A DNA stretch of 64,000 bases from Burkholderiaceae bacterium (GCA_964228805.1 CAXRBE010000121.1:4889-68888), one strand, 5' to 3'; positions 1-8,988 are shown, counted from the stretch's first letter. Notes: generated from the sequence alone by a model not told the origin. Made by a program: numbers and translations.

Positions 1-1054
1 AAGCAGCCTTGGCACTTTGCCCGGCCTTGGGCCCGTCGGTCAACTGTACTTCCGCAAGTCCGCCTGTGGCCTGAAGGTGAGGGTCCTCAAACAACTCTTC
101 AGGCTTGGCAATGGGTGCGAAAGGCAGTCCCGCATTTTCAAAAATAGCTGCTAATTCAGGAGCGGTGAAATCTTTCAGGCGTTTTCTTAATTCGGGCAGC
201 AATATCGAGCGCAATTCAACCCGGGCATTGTTCGAGGTGTAGCGCGGGTCGGCCTTGAGATCAGCAAATCCCAGAACGTCACAGAAAGTCACCCACTGTG
301 CATCGCTCACCGCCGACAAAAAGATTTGCTCGCCATTTTTGACAGTAAACACATCGTAGACTGCCCAGGCGGAAATGCGGTTGGGCATGGGTTCTGCTGC
401 CACGCCGGTGATGGCGTACTGCAACATATGTTGTCCGACCAGAAACACATTGTTTTCGAACAATGCAGCCTGCACTTCCTGTCCTTTGCCAGAGATTCCT
501 CTTTGAATCAAGGCCCCCATAATCCCGATGGCACCAAACATGCCACCCATAATGTCATTGACGCTAGTGCCTGCTCGCAAAGGGTCACCCGGCCGGCCCG
601 TCATATATGCCAGGCCCCCCATCATCTGAACCACTTCATCCAGCGCAGTCCGGTGATCGTAGGGCCCCGGCAGGAAGCCTTTCAGGCTGGCGTATATCAG
701 ACGAGGGTGTTTGAGTGACAGGCTTTCATAATCCAATCCATATTTGGCCATGGTGCCTGGCTTGAAATTTTCTGCAACCACATCTGCGCTGGCACATAAG
801 CGCCGGGCCACTTCCACACCTTGCGGGTGATGCAAGTTGAGTTGGATGCTCTTCTTATTGCGATTGAACATCGGAAAAAATCCTGCACCTGCGCCCAGTA
901 AGTGACGAGTGCGATCCCCCTCGATCGGCTCGACCTTGATCACTTCTGCTCCCATGTCTGCCAGAACCATGCCGCAGGTGGGGCCCATCACCATATGGGT
1001 GAATTCGATCACACGCAAACCTTCAAGCGGTAATTTTTTCTCAGGTTGGGTCAT
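1..1054 (-). CDS. CaiB/BaiF (class III) CoA-transferase, 3' end runs off the window
   Basis: Manual translation from ATG 1054: MTQPEKKLPLEGLRVIEFTHMVMGPTCGMVLADMGAEVIKVEP...FNRNKKSI, the class III CoA-transferase N-terminus. Absent from the ORF track because no stop lies in the window. Confidence 0.9.
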   Translation of the reverse strand, partial: MTQPEKKLPLEGLRVIEFTHMVMGPTCGMVLADMGAEVIKVEPIEGDRTRHLLGAGAGFFPMFNRNKKSIQLNLHHPQGVEVARRLCASADVVAENFKPGTMAKYGLDYESLSLKHPRLIYASLKGFLPGPYDHRTALDEVVQMMGGLAYMTGRPGDPLRAGTSVNDIMGGMFGAIGIMGALIQRGISGKGQEVQAALFENNVFLVGQHMLQYAITGVAAEPMPNRISAWAVYDVFTVKNGEQIFLSAVSDAQWVTFCDVLGFADLKADPRYTSNNARVELRSILLPELRKRLKDFTAPELAAIFENAGLPFAPIAKPEELFEDPHLQATGGLAEVQLTDGPKAGQSAKAA

Positions 1055-1071
1055 GCAGCGTCTTTCGAAAT

Positions 1072-2004
1072 TTACACTGGAGTTGTCATGGTTTTGGGTA
1101 AACCTGCCTGGGCAATTGCACCATGCAGGCACTCTCCTTCCAGCCAATGCTCAAGCTCATGGCGTAACGCAAATAAACGTTCAATATCGATGCCAGTGTC
1201 AACCCCCATACTGTCAAAGAGGTAGACAAGGTCTTCAGTGGCCACATTGCCACTGGCGCCAGGCGCATGCGGACATCCGCCGATCCCGGCAAGACTGGCA
1301 TCAAAACGGGTTTGCCCCGCCTGCAAAGCCGCCATCACGTTGGCCAAGCCCAATCCGCGGGTGTCATGAAAGTGTCCACAATCCAACTTGTTGCCCACCA
1401 GCGATCTCGCTTGGGTAAATAGCTCGCTCACCTGACGAGGGTTTGCGTAGCCTACTGTGTCGGCCAAGCCAATACGGTCGACCCCTAAGTCTGCTACTGC
1501 ATGGACTAGGCGCAACACTTCGCCAACTGCAACTTCTCCTTGAATAGTGCACCCGAATGCAGTGCTGATCCCGACTTCTATAAGCGTGTTTGAGGCGCAG
1601 GCTTGCCGTGCATTCATGATGGCTGATATTTCCGTCAGCACCTGGTCTGGTGTCTTTCGCAAATTGGCCAAGCTGTGGGCATGACTGGCCGACAAGGGAA
1701 GTAGCATCCAATCAGCACCGCTGGCCATCGCGCGCTCAGCCCCTTTGAGGTTGGGCACGAGCACCGAAACAGTAAGACCTGGCAAGGTTTTGGCAAAGGC
1801 CACCAAATCAGCGGAGTCAGCCAATTGGGGGAGCAATTTGGGCGGAACAAAAGAACCCACCTCGATCTCTCGTACACCCGCGTCATAGGCTGCACGGACC
1901 CATTGAATTTTTTGCTGGGTTGGCAGCGTTCTTGCAATGCTTTGCAAACCGTCACGCAAGCCTACTTCACGAATAAATGCCTTGGCAGGCCATTGGCGCA
2001 TCAT
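1072..2004 (-). CDS. Hydroxymethylglutaryl-CoA lyase family (DRE-TIM) C-C lyase
   Basis: EVGLRDGLQ, GHFHDTRGLG and GGCPHAPGASGNVATED motifs. Confidence 0.9.
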   Translation of the reverse strand: MMRQWPAKAFIREVGLRDGLQSIARTLPTQQKIQWVRAAYDAGVREIEVGSFVPPKLLPQLADSADLVAFAKTLPGLTVSVLVPNLKGAERAMASGADWMLLPLSASHAHSLANLRKTPDQVLTEISAIMNARQACASNTLIEVGISTAFGCTIQGEVAVGEVLRLVHAVADLGVDRIGLADTVGYANPRQVSELFTQARSLVGNKLDCGHFHDTRGLGLANVMAALQAGQTRFDASLAGIGGCPHAPGASGNVATEDLVYLFDSMGVDTGIDIERLFALRHELEHWLEGECLHGAIAQAGLPKTMTTPV

Positions 2005-2177
2005 CTTATGAAATATTCAGATTGGAATCCCTCAAGTTTAGGCGTTTATTGGCAACCTTAGAATGGAATACGAAAGATCATGGCCAAACTCAAGTTCAAC
2101 CTTAGCCACGGAGTGAAAGTTACTGTGTCTATCACTGCATTGCACTTGCACAATGGTCCTGGTGCAAAAGGATAGCC

Positions 2178-4172
2178 ATGGCAAAAAGTTTTTTATCTGG
2201 CCAAAGCGCTCGACTCTATTTGACCGAAGATCCGAATTGCATTACCCAGCAGCTTGCTGGTAAACAGCTAAAACGTGAGCAGGCGGGTCCCTTGCGAGAC
2301 GACGTCTCGACCGATGAAATAACACCGGTAGCAATTTTGAGTTATTACGATGAACGCTTGGCAGAGTTCGCTCATACCGGATTGAAGTGTGCCGGCATTT
2401 CACCGATCGACAGAAATGCCCTGCGCTCCGCCAAATTCTCTGTGCTGGTAGCTGGGCGCCGTTACGGCAAAGGTTCATCCAGAGAGCACAGTCCTACAGC
2501 AGAAAAACTTGCTGGCATTCAACTGGTCTTTGCAGACAGTTTTGAACGGATCTATCGACAAAATGCTGACAACATCGGGCTGTTTACTTCGACTGATTTT
2601 TCACTCCTGGAACGCCTGGAAAACGGCGAAACGCTGAGCGTTGAGCAACTGATTGCCGACCGCGAACCTTTGGCCGCAGCAGTTTTGCGCGCAGGTGGTC
2701 TTCTGAAATGGGGGCAAGCAGCATTGCCTCGCCATGAACGCAATAAGAACGAATTACCCCATGTTTTGCGTCAAGGGCAAACGCTTTTCGAGAAGATATT
2801 GTCCCGACACCTTTTGCCCCATCCATTGACACCAGAGCAGCCTAAGCCCGGAGATGGCGTCTTTGTGCGGGCGGACTGGCGATTCATCCATGAGTATTAC
2901 ACCGGCATGGCCAGCACCTTGATGCGCAACGCTCTGGGAGAAAACTACCAGCTAATTGACCCTGAAAATATTCTTGTCTTCGAAGATCACACCTCTTACA
3001 TTCACGAGAGTCCAGCCCATATTGCAGCGGGTTTAATTCCCAATATGCTGGCCATGAGTCGCGCCCAACAAGATTTTGCTCAACGTCATGGCCTGCGCAT
3101 GCACCGCACCCTCACCGACGAGGAGGCGCGCCATGACACCTTACACCAGCCTGCTGGAATTTCACATGCCATGATGGCAGAGCACTATGTTCTACCCGGC
3201 CAAGTTGTGATAGGCACTGATTCGCACACTCCGCACAGCGGTGCACTGGGTTGCGTTGCCTTTGGGGTGGGTACCAGCGATATGGCCAATGCATTTCTGA
3301 CAGGTGCAGTACGGACAAACTGGCCCAGCACCATCTTAGTGGAGTTAAAAGGCCCATGGCCCGACGGCATCACCGCCAAGGATGCCGTATTGCACCTGTT
3401 GTCACTACCTTTCATTCGCCAGGGGGGCGGAGTCGGAAAGGTATTCGAGTTCACTGGCGACGGCGTGGCGAGCTTATCGACCGATGAACGCGCCACTTTG
3501 ACCAATATGACAGCCGAGATGGGCGGCCTGACAGGCATCGTGGCACCCGACAATGAAACTGTACGTTTTCTGCTTGAGCGCCGAGGTGTCTCGTTTCAGC
3601 TTGAAGACTGGATGAAAAGTGATGCTGACGCAGCTTACGCTCACCACCTGGTTGTGCCGCTGGGCACTTTAAGCCCCATGGTTGCGCGCCCAGGTGACCC
3701 AGGTCAGGGTCTACCTTTGTCTTCACTTGAGGAACGCGTTGCAATCGACATCGCTTATGGCGGCTCCTGCACCGCAGGCAAACGAGAAGACTTTGATCAA
3801 TACCACGCGGTGCTGTCTTGGGGTCTATCGCAGGGCTTAAGTTTTCCAGAACATGTTCAGGTATTCCTGCAATACGGTACAACCGCTGTTCGTGATTACT
3901 GCATTGCTCAGGGTTATGACAAAACCTTTGATGCGCTTGGCGTTCGGATTTTGCAACCATCTTGCGGCGCATGCGCCAACTGCGGCCCAGGGTCATCATC
4001 CAAGAAAGATCAAGTCACTGTCAGTGCCATTAACCGTAATTTTCCAGGTCGGTCTGGCCCGGGTCAGGTATGGCTGGCAAGTCCCCCTACCGTGATGGCC
4101 AGTGCGTTTGCTGGTGAATTGTCTTCTTGGGAAATGCTCAAAAAAAAGCCTTCGCCTCTTTTGCGGTCATGA
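2178..4172 (+). CDS. Aconitase-family hydratase/isomerase; fusion of an N-terminal LeuD-like swivel domain and a C-terminal LeuC-like [4Fe-4S] domain
   Basis: N-terminal DDVSTDEI and GKGSSREH (swivel domain). C-terminal GTDSHT, GGSCTAGK, PSCGACANC, NRNFPGR and LASP motifs. Confidence 0.88.
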   Translation: MAKSFLSGQSARLYLTEDPNCITQQLAGKQLKREQAGPLRDDVSTDEITPVAILSYYDERLAEFAHTGLKCAGISPIDRNALRSAKFSVLVAGRRYGKGSSREHSPTAEKLAGIQLVFADSFERIYRQNADNIGLFTSTDFSLLERLENGETLSVEQLIADREPLAAAVLRAGGLLKWGQAALPRHERNKNELPHVLRQGQTLFEKILSRHLLPHPLTPEQPKPGDGVFVRADWRFIHEYYTGMASTLMRNALGENYQLIDPENILVFEDHTSYIHESPAHIAAGLIPNMLAMSRAQQDFAQRHGLRMHRTLTDEEARHDTLHQPAGISHAMMAEHYVLPGQVVIGTDSHTPHSGALGCVAFGVGTSDMANAFLTGAVRTNWPSTILVELKGPWPDGITAKDAVLHLLSLPFIRQGGGVGKVFEFTGDGVASLSTDERATLTNMTAEMGGLTGIVAPDNETVRFLLERRGVSFQLEDWMKSDADAAYAHHLVVPLGTLSPMVARPGDPGQGLPLSSLEERVAIDIAYGGSCTAGKREDFDQYHAVLSWGLSQGLSFPEHVQVFLQYGTTAVRDYCIAQGYDKTFDALGVRILQPSCGACANCGPGSSSKKDQVTVSAINRNFPGRSGPGQVWLASPPTVMASAFAGELSSWEMLKKKPSPLLRS

Positions 4173-4241
4173 TCCAAGCAAGCTTCAGACCTACTTTGCT
4201 TTCATCAATGGGTTTTACGCATCAAGCCCAGGCCACACAGA

Positions 4242-5228
4242 TCAATCCAGTCGGATATTGGCTGACTTGATCGCCTTGGTCCAGCTGGTGATGTCGCTCT
4301 CAAGTTGCTTGGTGGTGTCGCTGGGTGACAGGTAGCGCACCTCGATGCCAGCCTGGTCGGCACGCTGCTTGGTTTCGGGCAGTTCCATGCTGCGCTTGAC
4401 GTCTGCCGAAAGTTTTTGCACCACCTCGCGTGGCGTGCCTGCAGGCACGTAGAGCGCCACCCAGGACTCCAGCTCGTAATTGTTCAAGCCCGCCTCAGCC
4501 ACGGTCGGCACATTGGGCATGGAGGGGTGACGTGTTTTACCGGTGACCGCCAGGGCTTTGAGCTTGCCATTCTGCACATGCCCCATCACCGAAGGTGGCG
4601 TGGTGATGAAGACTTGTACTTGGCCTGCCAGAACATCCTGAATCGCCTGGCCAGAGCCCTTGTAGGGCACATGAACCATATTCAGGCCAGTGAGCTGCTT
4701 GAAGATTTCAGTGCCGATGTGGGAGACCGAGCCGTTGCCTTGCGAGGCGTAATTGAGCTTGCCTGGGTTTTGTTTGGCCCAGGCAATGAAGTCGCGCAGG
4801 TTGTTGGCCGGCACCGAGGGGTGCACCGCAATCACATTGGTGGCGACGGTGACCAGGCCCACCGGGGTGAGGTCTTTCAACTCCCAGGGCAATTTGTTCA
4901 TCAGGATCGGATTGGCTATGTGGTAGCCAGAATATGAAACCAGGACCGTATAGCCATCTTTGGGTGCCCGCGCCACCAGGCCATAGGCCAGATTGCCGCT
5001 GCCGCCGGGCTTGTTGTCCACCACCACCGATTGCCCGGCCACGCGCGACAGCGAATCACTGACCAGGCGGGCCGAGGTGTCAACCAGACCGCCTGGCGGG
5101 TTGGGTACCACCAGGGTGATCGCTTTGCTTGGAAAGGGGTCTGCCGCAAGGCTGGCGCCGCCCACGAGCAGCAAGGCCGACAGCATCAGGGGGAGGGTGG
5201 TGAGGGTGCGGCGTGAAATCAACAGCAT
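4242..5228 (-). CDS. Bug/TctC tripartite tricarboxylate transporter substrate-binding protein
   Basis: Signal peptide; VVPNPPGGLVD, DNKPGGSG, YASQGNGSVSH and HVPYKGSG motifs; start moved to ATG 5228. Confidence 0.92.
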   Translation of the reverse strand: MLLISRRTLTTLPLMLSALLLVGGASLAADPFPSKAITLVVPNPPGGLVDTSARLVSDSLSRVAGQSVVVDNKPGGSGNLAYGLVARAPKDGYTVLVSYSGYHIANPILMNKLPWELKDLTPVGLVTVATNVIAVHPSVPANNLRDFIAWAKQNPGKLNYASQGNGSVSHIGTEIFKQLTGLNMVHVPYKGSGQAIQDVLAGQVQVFITTPPSVMGHVQNGKLKALAVTGKTRHPSMPNVPTVAEAGLNNYELESWVALYVPAGTPREVVQKLSADVKRSMELPETKQRADQAGIEVRYLSPSDTTKQLESDITSWTKAIKSANIRLD

Positions 5229-5394
5229 GCTCTGTCTCCAATCAAATAGCCAGGTTTGAGGGGGCGGGTGGGTCTCGGGCTGGTCCATTCAAACACTGTG
5301 CATCAAGGACAAGGCTCGTCAGCCTGGGGATCAGCCCGTGGGGAAAAGACTATAGCAGCCCTGCTGCCGGCCGTGGGCTTTGAGGGGCAGACAC

Positions 5395-5421
5395 AAAAAA
5401 GCCCGCTGCTGCGGGCTTTTT
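5395..5421. terminator. Rho-independent terminator downstream of the desaturase gene (bidirectional shape)
   Basis: AAAAAA-GCCCGC-TGCT-GCGGGC-TTTTT. Confidence 0.8.
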
Positions 5422-5441
5422 ATCTGAGTGTACGGATGAAA

Positions 5442-6656
5442 TCAGGCCTTGGCGGCGCGCAGCTTGAGAGAAAACTCACGCAGCATGCTGATGCCACTGT
5501 CTTCAGCGCGGTGACACCAGGCCTGCAGATCAGCCAGCAACTGTTCACGGCTGCGCGAGGTGTTCAGCCAGAGTTGGCGCAGCTCTTCACGCATGGTGAC
5601 CATCTGGTCCAGTACCGGTGAGGCCGCACGGGCTTTGGCCAATTCAGGCGCTGCCTCGGTGGGCACCTTGTCGGCATCCCGGTGCAGCCAGCGGCTGGCA
5701 GCCTGCAGCACGCTGGCTTCTGCACTGCGCGCTTTCAGCGATACCAGTTCCTGTTCGAAAGCTTGACGCATGCTCTTGGCATAGCCGGCCATGACCTCGT
5801 AGCGGTGCGCGATCAGGGCTTCCAGGGTCTTGTCATCAGCGACCGGTTTGATGTTGCCATAGGCCAGCTTCGGCGGCGTTTTCTTGACCTTGGCTAGGCC
5901 CAGCGCGCTCAGGGCACTGATATACACCCAGCCGATATCGAACTCATACGGTTTGACCGACAGCTTGGCAGAGGTCGGATAGGTGTGGTGGTTGTTGTGC
6001 AGCTCTTCGCCACCGATCAGGATGCCCCAGGGAACAATATTGGTGCTGGCATCGGGCGCTTCAAAGTTGCGGTAGCCCCACCAATGGCCAAATCCATTGA
6101 TCACGCCAGCGGCGGTCACGGGAATCCAGGCCATCTGAACTGCCCACACAGCCAGTCCGGCAGCACCAAACAGCATCAGGTCGATGATCATCATCACGCC
6201 AACACCCTGCCAGGAGTAGCGGGTGTACAGATTGCGCTCGATCCAGTCGTCGGGCGTGCCATGGCCGTAGCGCGCCATGGTTTCCTTGTTTTTGGATTCC
6301 ACGCGGTACAGCTCGGCACCTTGCCAGAAGACTTTGTTGATACCAAAAATATGCGGGCTGTGCGGATCGCCATCTTGCTCGCACTTGGCGTGGTGCTTAC
6401 GGTGGATGGAGGCCCATTCCTTGGTCACCTGGCCTGTGGTGAGCCACAGCCACAGCCGGAAAAAATGGGCGGGAATAGGGTGCAGGTCCAGGGCGCGGTG
6501 CGCCTGACAACGGTGCAGATAGATGGTGACGCTGGCAATGGTGACATGGGTCATCGCCAGGGTGAAGAGCACGATCTGCCACCAGCTGAGATCCCAGGCG
6601 CCGTGGGCCAGCCAGTCGAGCATCGCGTTGAGCACAGACCAGTCAGGTAGCAGCAT
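5442..6656 (-). CDS. desA: Acyl-CoA (delta-9) fatty acid desaturase, DesA type
   Basis: His boxes HRCQAH, HRKHH and HNNHH; WAAGVING-like motif; C-terminal extension typical of proteobacterial DesA. Confidence 0.88.
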   Translation of the reverse strand: MLLPDWSVLNAMLDWLAHGAWDLSWWQIVLFTLAMTHVTIASVTIYLHRCQAHRALDLHPIPAHFFRLWLWLTTGQVTKEWASIHRKHHAKCEQDGDPHSPHIFGINKVFWQGAELYRVESKNKETMARYGHGTPDDWIERNLYTRYSWQGVGVMMIIDLMLFGAAGLAVWAVQMAWIPVTAAGVINGFGHWWGYRNFEAPDASTNIVPWGILIGGEELHNNHHTYPTSAKLSVKPYEFDIGWVYISALSALGLAKVKKTPPKLAYGNIKPVADDKTLEALIAHRYEVMAGYAKSMRQAFEQELVSLKARSAEASVLQAASRWLHRDADKVPTEAAPELAKARAASPVLDQMVTMREELRQLWLNTSRSREQLLADLQAWCHRAEDSGISMLREFSLKLRAAKA

Positions 6657-6796
6657 AGGTGGGTTCTTTCGTGATCATCAGATAAAAGGAGGGGTGGCCG
6701 ATCGCCACCCCCTGGAGCGCGAATTCTAAGGCTTTATCGAATTTTCTGCCAGCGACCGCAATCGCAGGAAAATGCAGCAAATTCAAGCCTGTGGCT

Positions 6797-8068
6797 TTAA
6801 TTTTTTTCCCAGATGGCCGCAAAAAAGCCGTCAGTTTGATGCAGATGAGGCCACAAACGCAAATATTGGCGTCCATTGACGCCGCCACTACACAAGTTGG
6901 CTGTCTGCTCAATCTTGAGCTGCGCCAGGACCTCGGCCACAGCCAGTGGGTTGAAATCGGCATGTGAGGCGCTGAAAGCCTCGGCAATGTCCTCGTTTTC
7001 CTGCCGCAACAGGCTGCAGGTGGCGTAGACCAGCCGCCCTCCCGGCTTGAGCAGGCGTGCCGCGCTCTCAAGAATGGCGGCTTGCTTGCTGGCCAATTCC
7101 AGGACAGCCTGGGCACTTTGCCGCCATTTCAAATCCGGGTTGCGTCGCAGGGTGCCCAGACCGGAGCAGGGCGCATCGACCAGCACCCGGTCAATCTTGC
7201 CGGCCAGGCGTTTGATGCGCTCATCGCGCTCGTGGGCAATGGCCGCTGGGTGCACATTGGATAGGCCACTGCGCGCCAGCCTGGGCTTGAAGGCATCCAG
7301 CCTGTGGGCCGAGGTGTCAAAGGCATACAGCCGGCCGGTATTGCGCATGGTCGCGCCAATGGCCAGGGTTTTGCCGCCGGCTCCGGCACAAAAATCCACC
7401 ACCATTTCGCCGCGCCGGGCCTGCAGCAGTAAGGTGAGCAGCTGCGAGCCTTCGTCCTGTACTTCGATGGCGCCGCGGCTGAAGGCGTCAAGCTTGTTCA
7501 GGGCTGGCTTGCCTTCGATGCGCAGGCCCCAGGGCGAGTAGGGCGTGGGGGTGGCCTCAATGCCAGCCTCCTGCAACTCTTTCTGAACTGCTTCACGCTT
7601 GGCTACCAGGGTGTTGACCCGCAGGTCCAGGCCGGCACTCTGATTGAGGCTGTTGACCAAGGGCCAGAACTGCTCGCCCAGTTGTTCTTTCAGCACCTGG
7701 GCCAGCCAATCTGGCAGGTTGTGACGATGCAACTCGAGCAGCTCCTCGGGCCGCACAAGATCACATTGGGCGAGCCAGAATTGTTCGGTATCGGTCAGTG
7801 CAGCGCTCAGGAAGTCGCGCGGCGCGGCAAAACCCAGAATGGCAAGCCGACGCTCCTTTGGGCCGCTGCCCGAGAGGGCCAGTTTCTCGAACAGCAGCCT
7901 CTTGCGCAGCACCGCATACACAGTTTCTGCCAGGGTGGCCCGCTCGCGGGGCCCCAGGCTGCGGTGGTCGCGAAAAAAGCGCGACACGATGGCGTCGGCC
8001 GGATGATCCAGCTTGAGGGCCAGGCGGACCAGCTCGGCGCTCAGGTCGAGCAGGGATTTGGGATGCAT
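6797..8068 (-). CDS. RsmB/NOP family SAM-dependent RNA m5C methyltransferase
   Basis: QDEGSQ, DFCAGAGGKT, DAPCSGLG and YATCS motifs; start taken at ATG 8068 (MHPKSLL). Confidence 0.9.
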   Translation of the reverse strand: MHPKSLLDLSAELVRLALKLDHPADAIVSRFFRDHRSLGPRERATLAETVYAVLRKRLLFEKLALSGSGPKERRLAILGFAAPRDFLSAALTDTEQFWLAQCDLVRPEELLELHRHNLPDWLAQVLKEQLGEQFWPLVNSLNQSAGLDLRVNTLVAKREAVQKELQEAGIEATPTPYSPWGLRIEGKPALNKLDAFSRGAIEVQDEGSQLLTLLLQARRGEMVVDFCAGAGGKTLAIGATMRNTGRLYAFDTSAHRLDAFKPRLARSGLSNVHPAAIAHERDERIKRLAGKIDRVLVDAPCSGLGTLRRNPDLKWRQSAQAVLELASKQAAILESAARLLKPGGRLVYATCSLLRQENEDIAEAFSASHADFNPLAVAEVLAQLKIEQTANLCSGGVNGRQYLRLWPHLHQTDGFFAAIWEKN

Positions 8069-8103
8069 GAAAGAGCGAGTTGAATTTGGCCTAGGATTGT
8101 CCC

Positions 8104-8358
8104 ATGTCCGAAGAAAAACTCCCTTTGTTGACACCCATCCGCCCTGGCCTGTATCGCCACTACAAGGGGCTGATGTATGAGGTGATCGACACCGCACGTC
8201 ACAGCGAAACGCTGGAGCCGATGGTGGTGTACCGCGCCCTCTATGGCGAGCGAGGTTTGTGGGTACGGCCGGCTGCCATGTTCCAGGAGGCGGTCATGGT
8301 CGAGGGGCAGCGCTTGCCGCGATTTGAATGGCTGTCAGCCAGTTCACAGGCGGGCTAG
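8104..8358 (+). CDS. DUF1653 domain protein
   Basis: GLYRHYKG..YEV...ARHSET.E.MVVYRALYG...LWVRP..MF signature. Confidence 0.88.
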   Translation: MSEEKLPLLTPIRPGLYRHYKGLMYEVIDTARHSETLEPMVVYRALYGERGLWVRPAAMFQEAVMVEGQRLPRFEWLSASSQAG

Positions 8359-8925
8359 ACAGTCGGCTATGGCCCGCGGGTAGATGAGGTGTTCTTGCGT
8401 CAGAACGCGCGCGGCCAAGCTCTGCTCGCTGTCGTCGGGCAGGACCGGCACCACAGCCTGCGCCAGGATCGGACCCTGGTCCAATTCGGTGGTGACGCGG
8501 TGCACTGTGGCACCGGCAAATTTGCAACCCGCCTCGATCGCGCGTCGGTGGGTATGCAGGCCAGGAAAGGCCGGCAACAGGGAAGGGTGAATATTGAGCA
8601 GGCGGCCGTTGAAGTGTTCAACAAAGCCAGGAGTGAGGATGCGCATGAAGCCGGCCATCACCACCAGCGCTGGCTGGCTGGCGTCAATTGCGGCCATCAG
8701 GGCGGCATCAAAATCTTCGCGTGTGGCGTAAGCGGTGTGCTCAATCACAGTGCTTGCAATACCCGCCCGCTCAGCCAGGGTCAGGCCCTTGGCCTTGGCA
8801 TTGTTGCTGATGACGCGCTCCACCCGGGCGCCCAGTTTTTCGGGCCACTGCTCTCGCTCGGCAGCGCGAATGATGGCTGCCATATTGGAGCCGCCGCCGG
8901 AGATCAGAATCACGATGTTTTTCAT
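8344..8925 (-). CDS. purN: Phosphoribosylglycinamide formyltransferase
   Basis: ILISGGGSNM, AGFMRIL, LNIHPSLLP and LDQGPI motifs. Confidence 0.96.
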   Translation of the reverse strand: MKNIVILISGGGSNMAAIIRAAEREQWPEKLGARVERVISNNAKAKGLTLAERAGIASTVIEHTAYATREDFDAALMAAIDASQPALVVMAGFMRILTPGFVEHFNGRLLNIHPSLLPAFPGLHTHRRAIEAGCKFAGATVHRVTTELDQGPILAQAVVPVLPDDSEQSLAARVLTQEHLIYPRAIADCLARL

Positions 8926-8942
8926 GGCTGGGCTTAATTATC

Positions 8943-8988
8943 CTTGTTGTGTTGCGCACAACAGCTTGTTGTGGGCAACACAACAGCT
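8943..8988. promoter_or_regulatory. Tandem palindromic operator-like element, 2 x CTTGTTGTG-N5-CACAACAG with a 22-bp period
   Basis: TGTTGTG 8945-8951 / CACAACA 8957-8963 and TGTTGTG 8967-8973 / CACAACA 8979-8985, in the divergent purN / acyl-CoA dehydrogenase intergenic region. Confidence 0.6.

Noticed and set aside
697-888. Short minus-strand ORF suggesting a frameshift in the CoA-transferase
   Set aside because: The main frame from 1054 reads through where checked by hand (HLLGAGAGFFPMFNRNKKS) and is still in the same frame at the window edge.
5442-5830. Desaturase C-terminal domain as a transposase remnant
   Set aside because: This extension is a normal part of proteobacterial DesA proteins; no inverted repeats or target duplication are seen.
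8943-8988. Possible mini-CRISPR array
   Set aside because: Only two units with 5-nt spacers and no cas genes; retained as an operator-like element instead.
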